Origin: Lama glama
Lineage: Eukaryota
NCBI GenBank assembly: GCA_028534125.1
Contig: CM052818.1
Coordinates: 28,708,001-28,772,000 of the forward strand
Direction: 5' to 3'
Length of the DNA stretch: 64,000 nucleotides
A program made the position numbers and the translations under genes. Below, piece by piece: positions 52,681 to 64,000 of this stretch. A model generated the notes under the pieces. That model was not told the DNA's origin. It saw only the letters and a list, made by a program, of their open reading frames with translations, and did not search any database. Every line of letters starts with the position of its first letter. The stretch's first letter is position 1.

Positions 52681-54449
52681 TTATATAGTAGGAATGGAAA
52701 TCAACAAGTAAAATGAGAAATTTGTGGGAAATAGTACAATTTAAATTCAATTCAATAAATATGTCCTGGTAATTTTTTCTGAGCACCTCCAGTTCTACTA
52801 CCCTATTCCCAGTCATCAAAACCTTTCCCTGTGAGTGACCTTCTACTTCGTCTCCAAGTTCTACCCTTTTCCTCCTTTATCCCCTAGTCTCACATCGGCT
52901 CACATAATATACACCAACTCTCTGTCCAAAAGCTTCCAATGGCTTCTTTTCACTCTGACAAATTAAATCCAAACTTTTTACTAGAGCCAACAAGAGCCTT
53001 CATGACCTATGCCTAACTAACATTGCCATCTCCCACATCTCTGCCTGGGCCCATACTGCTCTGGTCACTCTAGCTTTTAATGGAGATAAAAATAAGACTA
53101 CTGTTATATAGGGTTTTATGGGGATTAAGTTAAAGACTATATTTTAAAAAACCAATATAGTGCTAGCCCAGAGTAAGCAATAAACAAATGGTAATTTCTA
53201 CAGATTAGAGGTATCAAATGCATTCCAATACCTTAAAAGATGATAAATTATAAGGTTCTTCCATTTCTAATGTAAGAGGAAAATATTCCCCATGATGCTG
53301 ATGACTTTTCATCTCAGAGTCCCCATTTGTGTAGCCACTTAAGGCGCTGGGAAAACCCACATGAAAAATTATTAGCAAAGTTTCAGAGCATAAAGTTTCA
53401 TGTTCTCATGTGTTCAATTTTTAAAACAGACTCAGCTCACAAGCCCTACCTATAGAACAACCATTTATAGAACTCACTGATACTGTGATTCCTTCAGGCA
53501 AACTGACTATAAATTTGTATAAGAGAAAATGAAAAAAAGTCTCACCTTTCATTTCAGTTCAAGTTATTGGAGTTTTGGTTCCAACATGTTTCCAAGTATA
53601 TAAAAATTCAATCTGGAGTGAAGATGTTTACAACGCAATTGGTGAATGTACTACAGAGGTATGAAATATCACATGACCAGGTGCACAACTGAAGCTTCCC
53701 AGAGAAGGTCATGCAGGGGGAGTAAACATGTATCATACCCACCACAACAGAAAAGTAGGATTCCAGAACAATTCCACTGAACACTGACATACAAAATTTG
53801 TGTCTACCCTGTATTATAAAAATATTCTTTAGTTTTACAAAATAACTTGGAAGATTGTGAAAAGGAAAGCCCGTTCTATTGAAGTTTTATTGTTTAAAGA
53901 TATTTACCTCAGCACCACGTATGTCATTCTTGGTTTCTGAAAACTGATTTCATGTGGCCACAAGTCCTGCAGAGGAATTTTACGCAAAAGTCCAGGTACT
54001 CCCCAACTAGTTTTACCACCACTATTCTAATCTGTTTCACATATCACAGTAGATGAATATGCCCAAAATGCACTACTTTTCCTGTCAGTCCTTTCTACAG
54101 GTACTTACTGGATTCCCCATTGTTTACGGTTTGAAGTTCAGATTTCTGAAGTTAACTAATATGCAAGGGCCTGAACATTTGGCTCTTGCTTATCTTTCTA
54201 GCCTTATTTCTCCTTTTTCTTCCTTCAATATGCTCTTACTTCTTGATAAATACAATTTTCCAATTGGTGCTTTTCTATCCCTGGGCCTTCTCACCTCATT
54301 TTCCCTTCTGGATGGATCATTAGATTCCTCTCTCTGTCCAAACCCTTGTGAAATTCTTACCTACTTTGAGAATCTCTTTTTTGCAGTGTAATTCTACCCT
54401 TTGTAATACTACATGTTTTAGGACTATTTTTTGCCTGTGGCATAACTCA

Positions 54450-56110
54450 AGCTCATTCATTTTATCCATTCAATAAATTTCTACCAGGTGCCAGGTACTA
54501 TGCTAGGCACTGAAGCTTCAGTGTTGAACAAAAACAGCCTTGATTCCTGATATCTTGGCATTTTTAGCTAGTGGGCCTTCAGACAGAAACTAAATGGCAG
54601 AAACAAATGTTCTATTATTACCAAAACATGAATGAGAGGTAGAAAGGCTATGAGATCTCAAAATACTTAACCTGACCCAGTCAAGAAGATTAGGAAGGCT
54701 TCACTAAGGAAATGACAACTGGAGGATGAAATCTAAGGAATGACTTGAAGTTTACTGGATAAAGAAAGTAGGAAAAAGGCTTTCTGGGAGAATGACCTGT
54801 CCTGGAAGAGAATAAGGCAAGAAAAAAGGACCAAAATGAGTCAGGCTTTATGAAGCAGAAAAAGAGAGGTGTGATGAGAAGAAAGATGAATTTGGAAAGT
54901 TAGGTAATGACCAGGCCACTGATGACCTTACAGGCCAGTGGTTCTCAAATGTTTCAGAGATCCTTTACACTCTTAAGAGTTACTGAGAATGCCAAAGAGC
55001 TTTTGCTCAAATGTGCATTATAGCTCTCAATCCTATCTTAAAAATTAAACATGAGAAATTTTAAGATTTATTAATTTATTTAAAATAACAAAAATAAATC
55101 TATTACATGATAAAATGAATACCATTTTTATTTTTATTTTTTAAAAAACTATGTATCTCAAAATAAAAAAGAATTAGAAGAGTGATCTTTGTTTGTTTGT
55201 TTTTGCAAGTGCCTCTAATATTTGCCCCAGTAGAAGACAACTGGATTCTCACATCTGCTTCTGCATTTGTTCTATTTCAATGTCACAAATCAGGTTACCA
55301 TGGAAAACACCAGTCCATTAAGACAGAATGAGAGTGAAACACTTGTAGTATTAATAAAATAATTTTGACCTTGTAGAAATCCTGACTAGTTCCCCAAATT
55401 GCACTTTGAAAATAGCTGTTCTACATCATCTTACTAGATTTTTGTTCTAAGCCATGTAGAGAAAGCATTACAAGGAAGTCAAAGGAGATGTAGGTAGATG
55501 AATATATCAGCATTTTATAATACATTCATATGACTGATAGCTTAGACTAGGGTGTTTCTCACTTATGGAGAAGATGGAAGATTCAGGTACTAGTTAGGAG
55601 ATTTAATATATAATACTTGCTGATAGATTTCATATGGAAAAGGAAAGAAATAGTTGAAAAGGATGAGTTCTAATTCTCTGGTTTGTACTAATAGGTAGAT
55701 AGTTGGGCTCTTCACTGACATAAGAAACAAGAAAATAGAAACAGGTCTGGGGAGCACAACCACAAGTTTAGTTTGGCTAAGTTGAATTTTAAGTGTCTTT
55801 GAGACATTCTCCTCAAAATGGCAAAAAAAAAAAAGAAGCAGCTATCTATCTATATATACTCAGAGCACAGAGCAGACATCATGGCTTGAGATACACATTT
55901 ATTTGTGAGCCATGTGCCTATGGTGGTTGGTAAAACTACTGGTGTGTATAAGTTTGCTTAGGAGACAACATAGAGAGACTAGAGTGTAGAACCAGGCCTT
56001 AAGGAATTCCTAAATGTAATGTTTATGTAATGTTTGAGGTGAGGAAGCCATATTAATAATGCAACAATGAGACATGGTAGCCACAGAGATAAAAGAAAAA
56101 CCATGGGTTT
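54450..56110 (-). mobile_element. LINE-2 3' portion, split by a Charlie element
   Basis: Antisense L2 tail 'cattcatttatccattcaataaatttctaccaggtgccaggtactatgctaggcactg'; body resumes after 55420. Confidence 0.75.
54936..55418 (+). mobile_element. hAT-Charlie non-autonomous element (Charlie4a-like)
   Basis: Left TIR cagtggttctcaaa, right TIR-like tttgaaaatagctg; internal 'cctttacactcttaagagttactgagaatgccaaagagcttttg'. Confidence 0.65.
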
Positions 56111-57376
56111 ATTCTCTTAGAGAATAACCAACAGACTAAGATTCCTGACAAAGACAGGATCCAAGGTAACATTATCTTGTTCTGGAATGCCATCCTGGAA
56201 GCAAAGGTACCAGAGATCCAAACCTTCAATTTTATGAAAATGGGTCTAAGTTCAAATATAAAAATTGTGCAGGAACTGGCTATTCAGAAGCTAGTAGTTT
56301 TTTATTTTTGATTGGAAAGCAATTTATCTGGCAAACAGTGCTTCTGTTAAGAACCATAGGTAAAAATGATGCTAAGAACCACACAGTCATATCTGGTTAG
56401 ATAATGCAGGTAAGAAAGACTAGATGCCACACTCATTTAATCAATCCTTCAAACAAGCCCTAGGGAGAAAATACTATGAAGATGTTTAATGTTTGACTAA
56501 AAGTAAAAGATTTTTTCATGGCTTTATGGAATCTAAGTGCTCAACCATTGCATTTCTATATATGAAGTTAATATGTGTTAAGCTCTTCTTAAACGCATTG
56601 AGAAATTATGATCCAATGCAAACTGTAATGTTCCCCTCCTGAAATTCTTTTAGTAAGAAAATTGTCTCAGAAAGCAAATGTATCTGATTCTACGTGACAT
56701 GCTTCCCTATGGAATTAATGAATTCAATGGAAATATTAGAATAAGAGGAGGAAGCAAAAAAAAAAAAAGTTGAGGAAGCAAACAGCTGACAATTTCCTTT
56801 CTGGATGATAAAGGAAAACCAGAGGATAATATACTACCTGACGTGGAGCAGCAAAGATTTTAGCACATCAACCATATACCAAAAACCACTGCAGATACCT
56901 CAGATAAAAGGTAGATTGAAAAAAGAACATTTATACTCTGGAGACAGGCATGTGAAAAATGTATAATTCCAAAGCAACGTGGTTAGTGCAATGCTTTTCT
57001 TAGTCTTTCTCTTTCAATTGATTGAAGGAAAAAACACAACGATTTTAAACTCTCTAAGGGATAATAAGATATTGAAACTAGAATTATTTATTGGAATTAA
57101 TTATTAGAATTAGAAGAAATTATGAGGCCTAGACTTCATACTAGATGAATTTATAGCATAGCTTACTTAGGTCCATTAAAAATATCTACACTTCAGAGAA
57201 ACGTAGGTATTTTGACAACAAATTAAGTAAGCAGACACAGAAAAGTTGAAGGACTTTTACTGCTTGTAGTTTTGATTTGGGTTAATCAACAACTGAGTAG
57301 GTAAACTAGACTAAACAAACTGTTGGTGACAGCCATGAGAAGAAATGAAGACAGCTATTAGAAGAAGCCACAGGTA

Positions 57377-57708
57377 CACTAATGAACTCATCTATAAAAC
57401 AGAAACAGACTCGAAGACATAGTAAACAATCTTACGGTTACCAGGGGAAAGGGGTGGGAAGGGATAAATTTAGGAGTTTGAGATTTGCAGATCTTAACCA
57501 CTATATATAAAAATTGATTAAAAAAACAAATTTCTTCTGTATAGCACTGTATTCAATATCTTATAATAGCCTTTAATAGAAATGAATATGAAAATGAATA
57601 TATGTATATATACATACATACATGACTGGAACATTATGCTATACACCAGAAATTGACACATTGTAACTGACTAAACTCCAATTTTTTTAAATGTTAAAGA
57701 AAAAAAGA
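57377..57708 (+). mobile_element. 5'-truncated L1 3'UTR with a perfect 15-bp TSD
   Basis: TSD aagaagccacaggta at 57362-57376 and 57709-57723; L1 3'UTR motifs; A-rich tail. Confidence 0.95.
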
Positions 57709-60700
57709 AAGAAGCCACAGGTATTTGTCACCAACTTGCTTATGAAGTCATGCTAGATAGCTTCTTCAAATAATATTTGGGATAAGTCAATGTTACGGAA
57801 ATTAAAAAAAAAAACCAACAATGTTAGCTTAAATTCTAATTGTAACACATGTACGAAATATATCATTTTAGTCCTAGGTATTTTTATTTTCTTATACCTG
57901 CCTTAAGTTACTTTGCTAAGCCCTCTTAAGAAAGGACATACTTTTGGTTGAAAACACCTTTTCGTGGGGAAAAAAGGTTATTCATTCACTTAAAATGTTA
58001 TGCTGAATCTTTCTATATGTGATACAATATACTAGCTAATAATGGAATTGAAAGCAACTCCAATATGATGTAGATCTATTCACCTTTTTGAGCTGCTTAC
58101 AAAGAAATAATGAAGGTAATCCCTTCATAGGGCTGCAAAATGTTCTAATACAGATGTATCATCTAGGATAATATTAATATGGTCAGTATCAGAGGTATGC
58201 CTCAATGTGTACCCTTGAACTAATGCTATCAATCAGGAAATGTAACTTTAACAAGGTCACATTGGCTGTCAGTTGCACAGATCTACATCACGCCTATGAC
58301 CTTGTAGTACAGCACATTTCACAGTTCCAGGAATATGAGAGGAACCCGCAAATGCATGTGGATTTTGTCAATCAAAAAAAAGAACAAGATTCATGAATCT
58401 GGACCCTCACCGAAAAATGTGACTTGTGACTTAGCAACAATAAAACCATCAAGGATTCAACCTAGTGTGTATAGAAAACAAATAACAGGATAAGATAAAA
58501 AGAGTAATGCAACATACACAAAATGTTACTGGAACAAAATATGAGAGCTACAAAACAACCTAAAGAGAGGGTAACCCAAAAAGGAAATGCTTGAGCTATG
58601 TTTTAAATACTGAATAGACATTTGTCAAGAGAAGAAAAATGAGCAAGGCTCACTGGGCGGAGAGACAAGATCATCAAGGGCATAACAGAGTAGAAGAGCG
58701 TGGTCTATTTGTGAGCTGACCATCATCTAACATTGACAGAGTAAGATATTTGGATTGGGACTGAGACAGCGTGAGTCTGAAAAAGGCTGAATGAAAAATA
58801 TCAGGTGGTTAAGGTGCTCGTGTGTCAGACAAAGCTGTGTGAGGTTTATGCTATGTATTTGCAAAGAAAAGATTTAACACTGAGTCCCTATTTTTAAAAT
58901 TGGTATCATTTGTGAAAGTTTAATATGTAATAAGGAATATGAGTGAACAAGGAGTAGGGTACCCAGATCATGTTTAGTGTCCTGAAGCCCAGGGGCATGG
59001 GGAAGAAAGGGCAGCTGAGAGTCAGGTGATGCTGAGGAGGTAGAATTGAGTTTCCCCATCCTTCAGACACACCTACGCAGCAAAAATGCAACCACAAAAC
59101 CTACAATCTATCTTCACATGGGAGGTGGCGAGACTTCTCTGACCAAACCCTATCTTTAGCTTCCTTCTACTCATCAATATTGCCTCTCATCGGTCACCAT
59201 GGGCTTCCCATCCACTTATCCTTTATAAGCTGTTGGCAAGAGTCCCACCTTAAACCATTTCTTACTCTGCACTCTTCCCTTGAGATCTCATCCTCTTTTA
59301 TGGCTTGACAAAGACCCATAGCCAATGACACTCCCAAACATACCTCCAACAGCCTTGTCTCACCTGAGATTCCAGCTGGGCTTTTCTACTTAGCTGTGTC
59401 ACACATCTCCAACTCATAATGCTAGAATCATCACATTAAAAAGGGTTTGAAAGATCTTCCCTTTTTAAGTCTACGTTTTACAAATAAGAAACAAAATCCA
59501 GGGATATTTACTGTTCTCCTCAAGTTTATCTTTCTCCTCAGTGTCTGAAAAAGGAATAGAACTGAGTGCCCCGACTCATCTTTTTCTTTCCCCCATTACT
59601 TAATGACATATGCACTGACTCCAGTGGGGATCTGTGCTATATAGGAAAAGCACTGAGCCAGGCACTTTAAGGAATATAAAAATGAGACACTTCAAGCAGC
59701 TCATAATCAAGTACAAAGATAAATATGTACTGTAATACAAGGCAAAATATAAGTGCTCCATGAGAGCTATAAAAAAAGAGCTACAGGGATTTAAACAAAG
59801 GCCAGTTTGTGTTTTGCTTGCATTTTTTAATATGTAATATGAATGTATCTGTTTCTCATATAAATTTAGCTTTATTCCTAACCACAGTTACTTTTACATA
59901 TCAAACATACAGTTGGCAAACACCTATACTTTTCAAAGGAAAGCCACAAATTCACTTTAGGATCATAGCTGGAGCTTTGTGTATTCTCTCCTCCAAGGAG
60001 CACAAAGTCCTTAATTTATCTGAGAATGGGGAAATAGTGGGGTGGAGACAGACACAGAGAAGCAGTAAAGCAATTCAAGCCCAGAGCAGTTGGTGTGTTG
60101 CAGAAACTGCACAGTGGATCGGGGACAGGCTGTCTGGACTGCTTTCCATGCTGCAGCAACACTTCATCTTAGCCTCAGATTCAGAAAACAACCTGTTCCT
60201 TTATTTCAACTGCAGTAGCCATGGGAGAGCCCCGGTCTCGGAACTGTGGTATCCACAATAGTTCTTTCTGTCTTCTCTTTTACTTCTTAGGTTTCGAACT
60301 CATTAGGGAAGCAGAGAGAAATGCAGAGCTCAGTAAACTGAAATGCCCATCACTAGGAACCTTTTCAATTCACGTTTCTAGAGAGAATACCTATTAGGGA
60401 AGATATAACTGCATGAGATCCCTGACGTCCTCTTACGGACTGTGAGTGATGACAACAAGGAACAAGAGTTCGGCAAGACCCACTGAGAATCTAAAGTTTA
60501 ATAGACGTCTGATTGGCATTTTACTAGGTTATATCCTCTGGCTCAGGAAAAGGAGGAAAATTATGACAGTGAAAAAGCAACAGCAACTCTCGTGGGATCC
60601 TCAGAGCTCTCATACCTGCAAAATTCAAAGCAGACGAAAATGAACATAGATTCATCTCAGGGCAGTAGGCGAGCTTATGGAAAAAAATGCCCTGAGTCAT

Positions 60701-60851
60701 AATGAAAAGACTGGAAAACAAGATTCAGAGGGAAAACTATAGGCAAGAACTCTGAAAAATTATCCCTTGTAATATCAGTTTATGTAACACATTTATATGA
60801 CGCCATCACAAAATACAGGACTAAAAAGGCCAACAGGTAGCATGGTATAAA

Positions 60852-61010
60852 GCAGGGATTTCAAACCTTAATGAAAATTTGAGTCGCCTGAATAAGTAGT
60901 TAAACTGCAGCTTTTGATTTGGTAGATATAGACTAGGCCAGGGGACTTTCACCAAGCTTCCAGGTGATGATGCAGGTCCTGTGGACCCATGGACCATACT
61001 ATGAATAGCA
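60852..61010. mobile_element. MER5-like hAT MITE
   Basis: 'cagggatttcaaacctt...caagcttccaggtgatgatgcagg...catggaccatactatgaatagca'. Confidence 0.55.
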
Positions 61011-61079
61011 AAGAAAAGGAAAGTTCATCAAATTAGAGGTCAGAAAACCTGGACTGCCCTCTCCTCTGCTCTCCCCAAC

Positions 61080-61126
61080 CACACACACACATACATACAC
61101 ACACACACACACATACACACACACAT
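61080..61126. repeat. Interrupted (CA)n microsatellite inside a MIR remnant
   Basis: CA/TA dinucleotide run flanked by MIR-like sequence (61030-61270). Confidence 0.85.
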
Positions 61127-61419
61127 CATACTACTTAACAAACTTTATAATCTGCAGCCTGAAACCCTCTCTGAGCCTCCATTCCTATAAAATGGGATAG
61201 TAACAATACATTTAGAAGTAAAGCATATGAAAATACTTTAATTATAAAACAGTATGTAAATAAAATTTATTGTTATTTTAAGAAATAAATAGGAAGTTAT
61301 ACACTTACCCTAAAAGAAAAGACAATGAGGGTACTGATAGTATATAAAGGTTCTGTCTGTAGAAAACTGAAATTAAATAGCTTTCGATCTCTGGAGAAAG
61401 CAGCTCTAAGCATCTATAG

Positions 61420-61610
61420 CAGTGGTTCTCAAACTTTGCTGCCTGTGAAAGTCAACCAAAAAGCTTTTAAAAAATACCTCTGCCTCAGCACTTCCCATCT
61501 TGCCCCACAATTCTGATGCAGGTGGTCTAAAGGTGGACCCAAACACAAAGTTTTTTTTTTTTTAAACTCTTTAAGTATTTCTAAGATGTAATCAGTGTTG
61601 AGAACCACTG
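61420..61610. mobile_element. MER5A-like hAT-Charlie MITE
   Basis: Perfect 13-bp TIRs cagtggttctcaa (61420-61432) / ttgagaaccactg (61598-61610); 191 bp long. Confidence 0.85.
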
Positions 61611-62659
61611 GCCCTTGAGGCAGATGCTCATTGAGCAGAACCAGCTGGGAAAGTCAGAGGAAGATGACCCGATGGTTGCTGGAAAAGAAAACATCTGGAG
61701 AGATATTTGCGTCAGTGTGCACCTGCACACTGAAGGAAAACTAGTTTCTCCATTGAAAAGATATTCAAAGAAAAACAGGAGCATCTGGTGAAGGTGATAA
61801 GGCCTATCTCTCCACTAGTTGTGAGGATCAAATAAGAAAATGCACTTGAAGGCACTTGAATGTCTGTTAAGTGCCATAAAAATATTTAGTGTTGTTTTGA
61901 CCAGATTCATTAAACAACTCTTACGCCCAGAAGAAAGTGAGATGTAACCATTAAAGAAGATTCCTTTAAAGCAGTCTCCTTCAGTATCCACCTCCAAACA
62001 CAATGTCTTGCAAACTGATCAAAATTTACTAAGGAATCTTTGTGGTACGAGCTAAGTAGAATCTTATCTGCATTTTTGTTGTTGTTGTTGCTCTTGGCCT
62101 TAAAGATTACGCAATGATTTATTAACTAAGTACTCTGGAAATTTCAGTTTTGAAACAAACTCAAAATTTTGGCAGCCTCTTAAAAATAAAGAAAACTAAG
62201 TGGCTAGCAAACAAAAATAAAGAAAAAATTATAGACAAGCAGGTGTATCACATGGATACATTTACCTAACAAGCAGGTGTTGAAAATAAAAATGCAACAG
62301 AAGAAAAAGCAACTACCCAAAGGAAAAGTGTAAAGAGGAGGTGAGACAGCATTCCCTACACTCCACCATCGCACAGAAAGACCACAGCACTTTGCCATGA
62401 CTATCGAGAAAACTATGGCAGGCTTTATCCATAACAATGAGCTTGGATGGAAAGTCCTTCAGGGCTGTCAGGGACTCTGAAGCATGGAAGATGTAACAGT
62501 ACTGAAACACACAGCAGTAAGGTAATTCTCACCAGAGGGAAAAGCAAAAGTCAAAAATGTAAAAATATGGAAATACAAGTTGATAAAACTCACTGTGTGT
62601 TTGCTTTTTTGTTTGTGGAATTCAAGGATTTGTTTGGTAGTGCAGAATAAATTACAAAT

Positions 62660-62759
62660 AAGTAAAACTTACTGAGTACTCTGTGCTAAACAGTGCTTGT
62701 CTCTGTAAATTACATAAATTCTTTGAATTCTCACAATAACTTACTAACTTACTAAGGTG

Positions 62760-62808
<49 letters not shown>

Positions 62809-62910
62809 CACCCTTAATTTTACAAATAAGGAAATTGAGGCAAAACCAAACACTTCTTCAATATGCCAGGATTTGAGCCTAGATAGCTTGTTCCAAAAGA
62901 CTACATTACA
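62660..62910 (-). mobile_element. MIR with an internal (ATT)n expansion (62761-62808)
   Basis: 'ttgaattctcacaataac...ggtggtattatt(att)n atcacccttaattttacaaataaggaaattgaggc'. Confidence 0.8.
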
Positions 62911-63639
62911 CCAATTCTCTAACTTGATAGGATATTACTCCTAGAGGTACCTATATTAATTAGTGAACTTTATAAATATTTTCCAACTTAATATTTGTAG
63001 ACTTGATTGGGAAGGACTCATTCTTATTAATAAAACTGAACATGAAATGCTATCAGCTCATGGCCTCTTTTCCTGCTCCTAGTTCAAGCTGTACTACCTG
63101 CAAGTACAGCACTTTTACCAGGGAATTTAATTTTTACATATCTATTTCTCCTCATTAGACTGTAAATTATTAGTCCATAAGAATATGAATGTACGTTTCT
63201 AAGAACTATGTCTTGTTCATCTTTGCAGCAATAGTGTCTGACACAATATTTTAAGTTTGCATAATAATTAGTACTGAATGGGCCACTCAGGAGTAGCTTT
63301 CTAAGTAAGGTTAAATAAATTATAAAATGAGAGAGGTCAAGAACAAAGATCTAGACTTTTAGCATTAGCCCAAATCATGATATATCCCTTGGGGAAGAGA
63401 CTGTAAAGACAAATTAGAAAGGAACCAAGGTCAAGGTGTACATTTACATAGTTTGGCTGATTTGCTTACCTTACCCCCAGGATTTGTTTAAAAGGAAATA
63501 TTTTGAAAAAAAATTTAATTAAATAACCGTGTTTTTATAAACTCTGAAAAATGAAAAAGGAGAGAATGAAGGAAGAAAGGAAGGAAAGAAGGCAAGATAA
63601 AAGAAAGAGCCTTTTAGTCCACTTATATATTCATCAGTA

Positions 63640-64000
63640 TTATATTGAGTATTACTATGCATCAGCTGTTTCTCAAGGTTTTGAATAAAACAGTTGTCTA
63701 TAAAGAAAGGTGTAAGAATAAAACAACTGTCCATATATAAAGATACAAAGATACAAGGATCTATGTATTCATGGGGAAGGAAAAACTAAGACAAATACAA
63801 CAAAGAAATTGAGGTAGTGGTAAGTGCTATGAAAACAAGTAAAGAGGGTTGCATGAAGATAATGCAATTTGTTAAGACTGCAGAAGAGGAGTAGAGCTAC
63901 TTAGACTGTTAAAGGACTGCCCCACTAAGAAACTGACATTGAACAGAGACTTCTATGGTAAGAAGAAAATGTCCAGGCAAAAATCTATGACAGAGCATTT
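63640..64000 (-). mobile_element. LINE-2 3' fragment (runs off the window)
   Basis: 'attgagtattactatgcatcag', 'gtggtaagtgctatgaaaacaagtaaagaggg', 'ctaagaaactgacattgaacagagac'. Confidence 0.6.

Noticed and set aside
57322..57735. 10-bp inverted repeat gttggtgaca / tgtcaccaac around the L1 target site
   Set aside because: No snoRNA boxes or TIR/TSD signature; stems of this length are expected by chance in 64 kb.
59809..60261. 150-aa ORF
   Set aside because: Non-ATG start, no recognisable domain, and a length expected occasionally by chance.
61303..61325. Minus-strand tcttttcttttag-G-gtaagt, resembling a recursive splice site
   Set aside because: An extra G separates AG and GT, so it does not fit the AG|GT consensus; no host gene established.
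1..64000. CRISPR arrays, operons or other prokaryotic defence systems
   Set aside because: The sequence is mammalian; there are no regularly spaced repeats or gene-dense segments.

Overview
Mammalian, AT-rich, repeat-dense non-coding DNA. It is most likely camelid, judged from a tRNA-Ala-derived Vic-1-like SINE at 31578-31681 and matching young L1 copies. No intact host protein-coding gene, RNA gene, CRISPR array or prokaryotic-type system is supported. The main element is a TSD-flanked, 5'-to-3' complete but inactivated LINE-1 (13752-19541) with a very short 5'UTR and a younger L1 3'-tail nested in ORF2. A second L1 spans a 100-N assembly gap (about 50340-52058) and has non-matching flanks. 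Several 5'-truncated L1 tails with TSDs are present, plus ERVL/MaLR/MER21 LTR remnants, hAT MITEs, many L2/MIR fragments and microsatellites. A few clusters of splice-site consensus in unique sequence may be lncRNA or UTR exons but are unproven. Repeat family names come from my recollection of consensus sequences, not a database search, and boundaries of old repeats are approximate.
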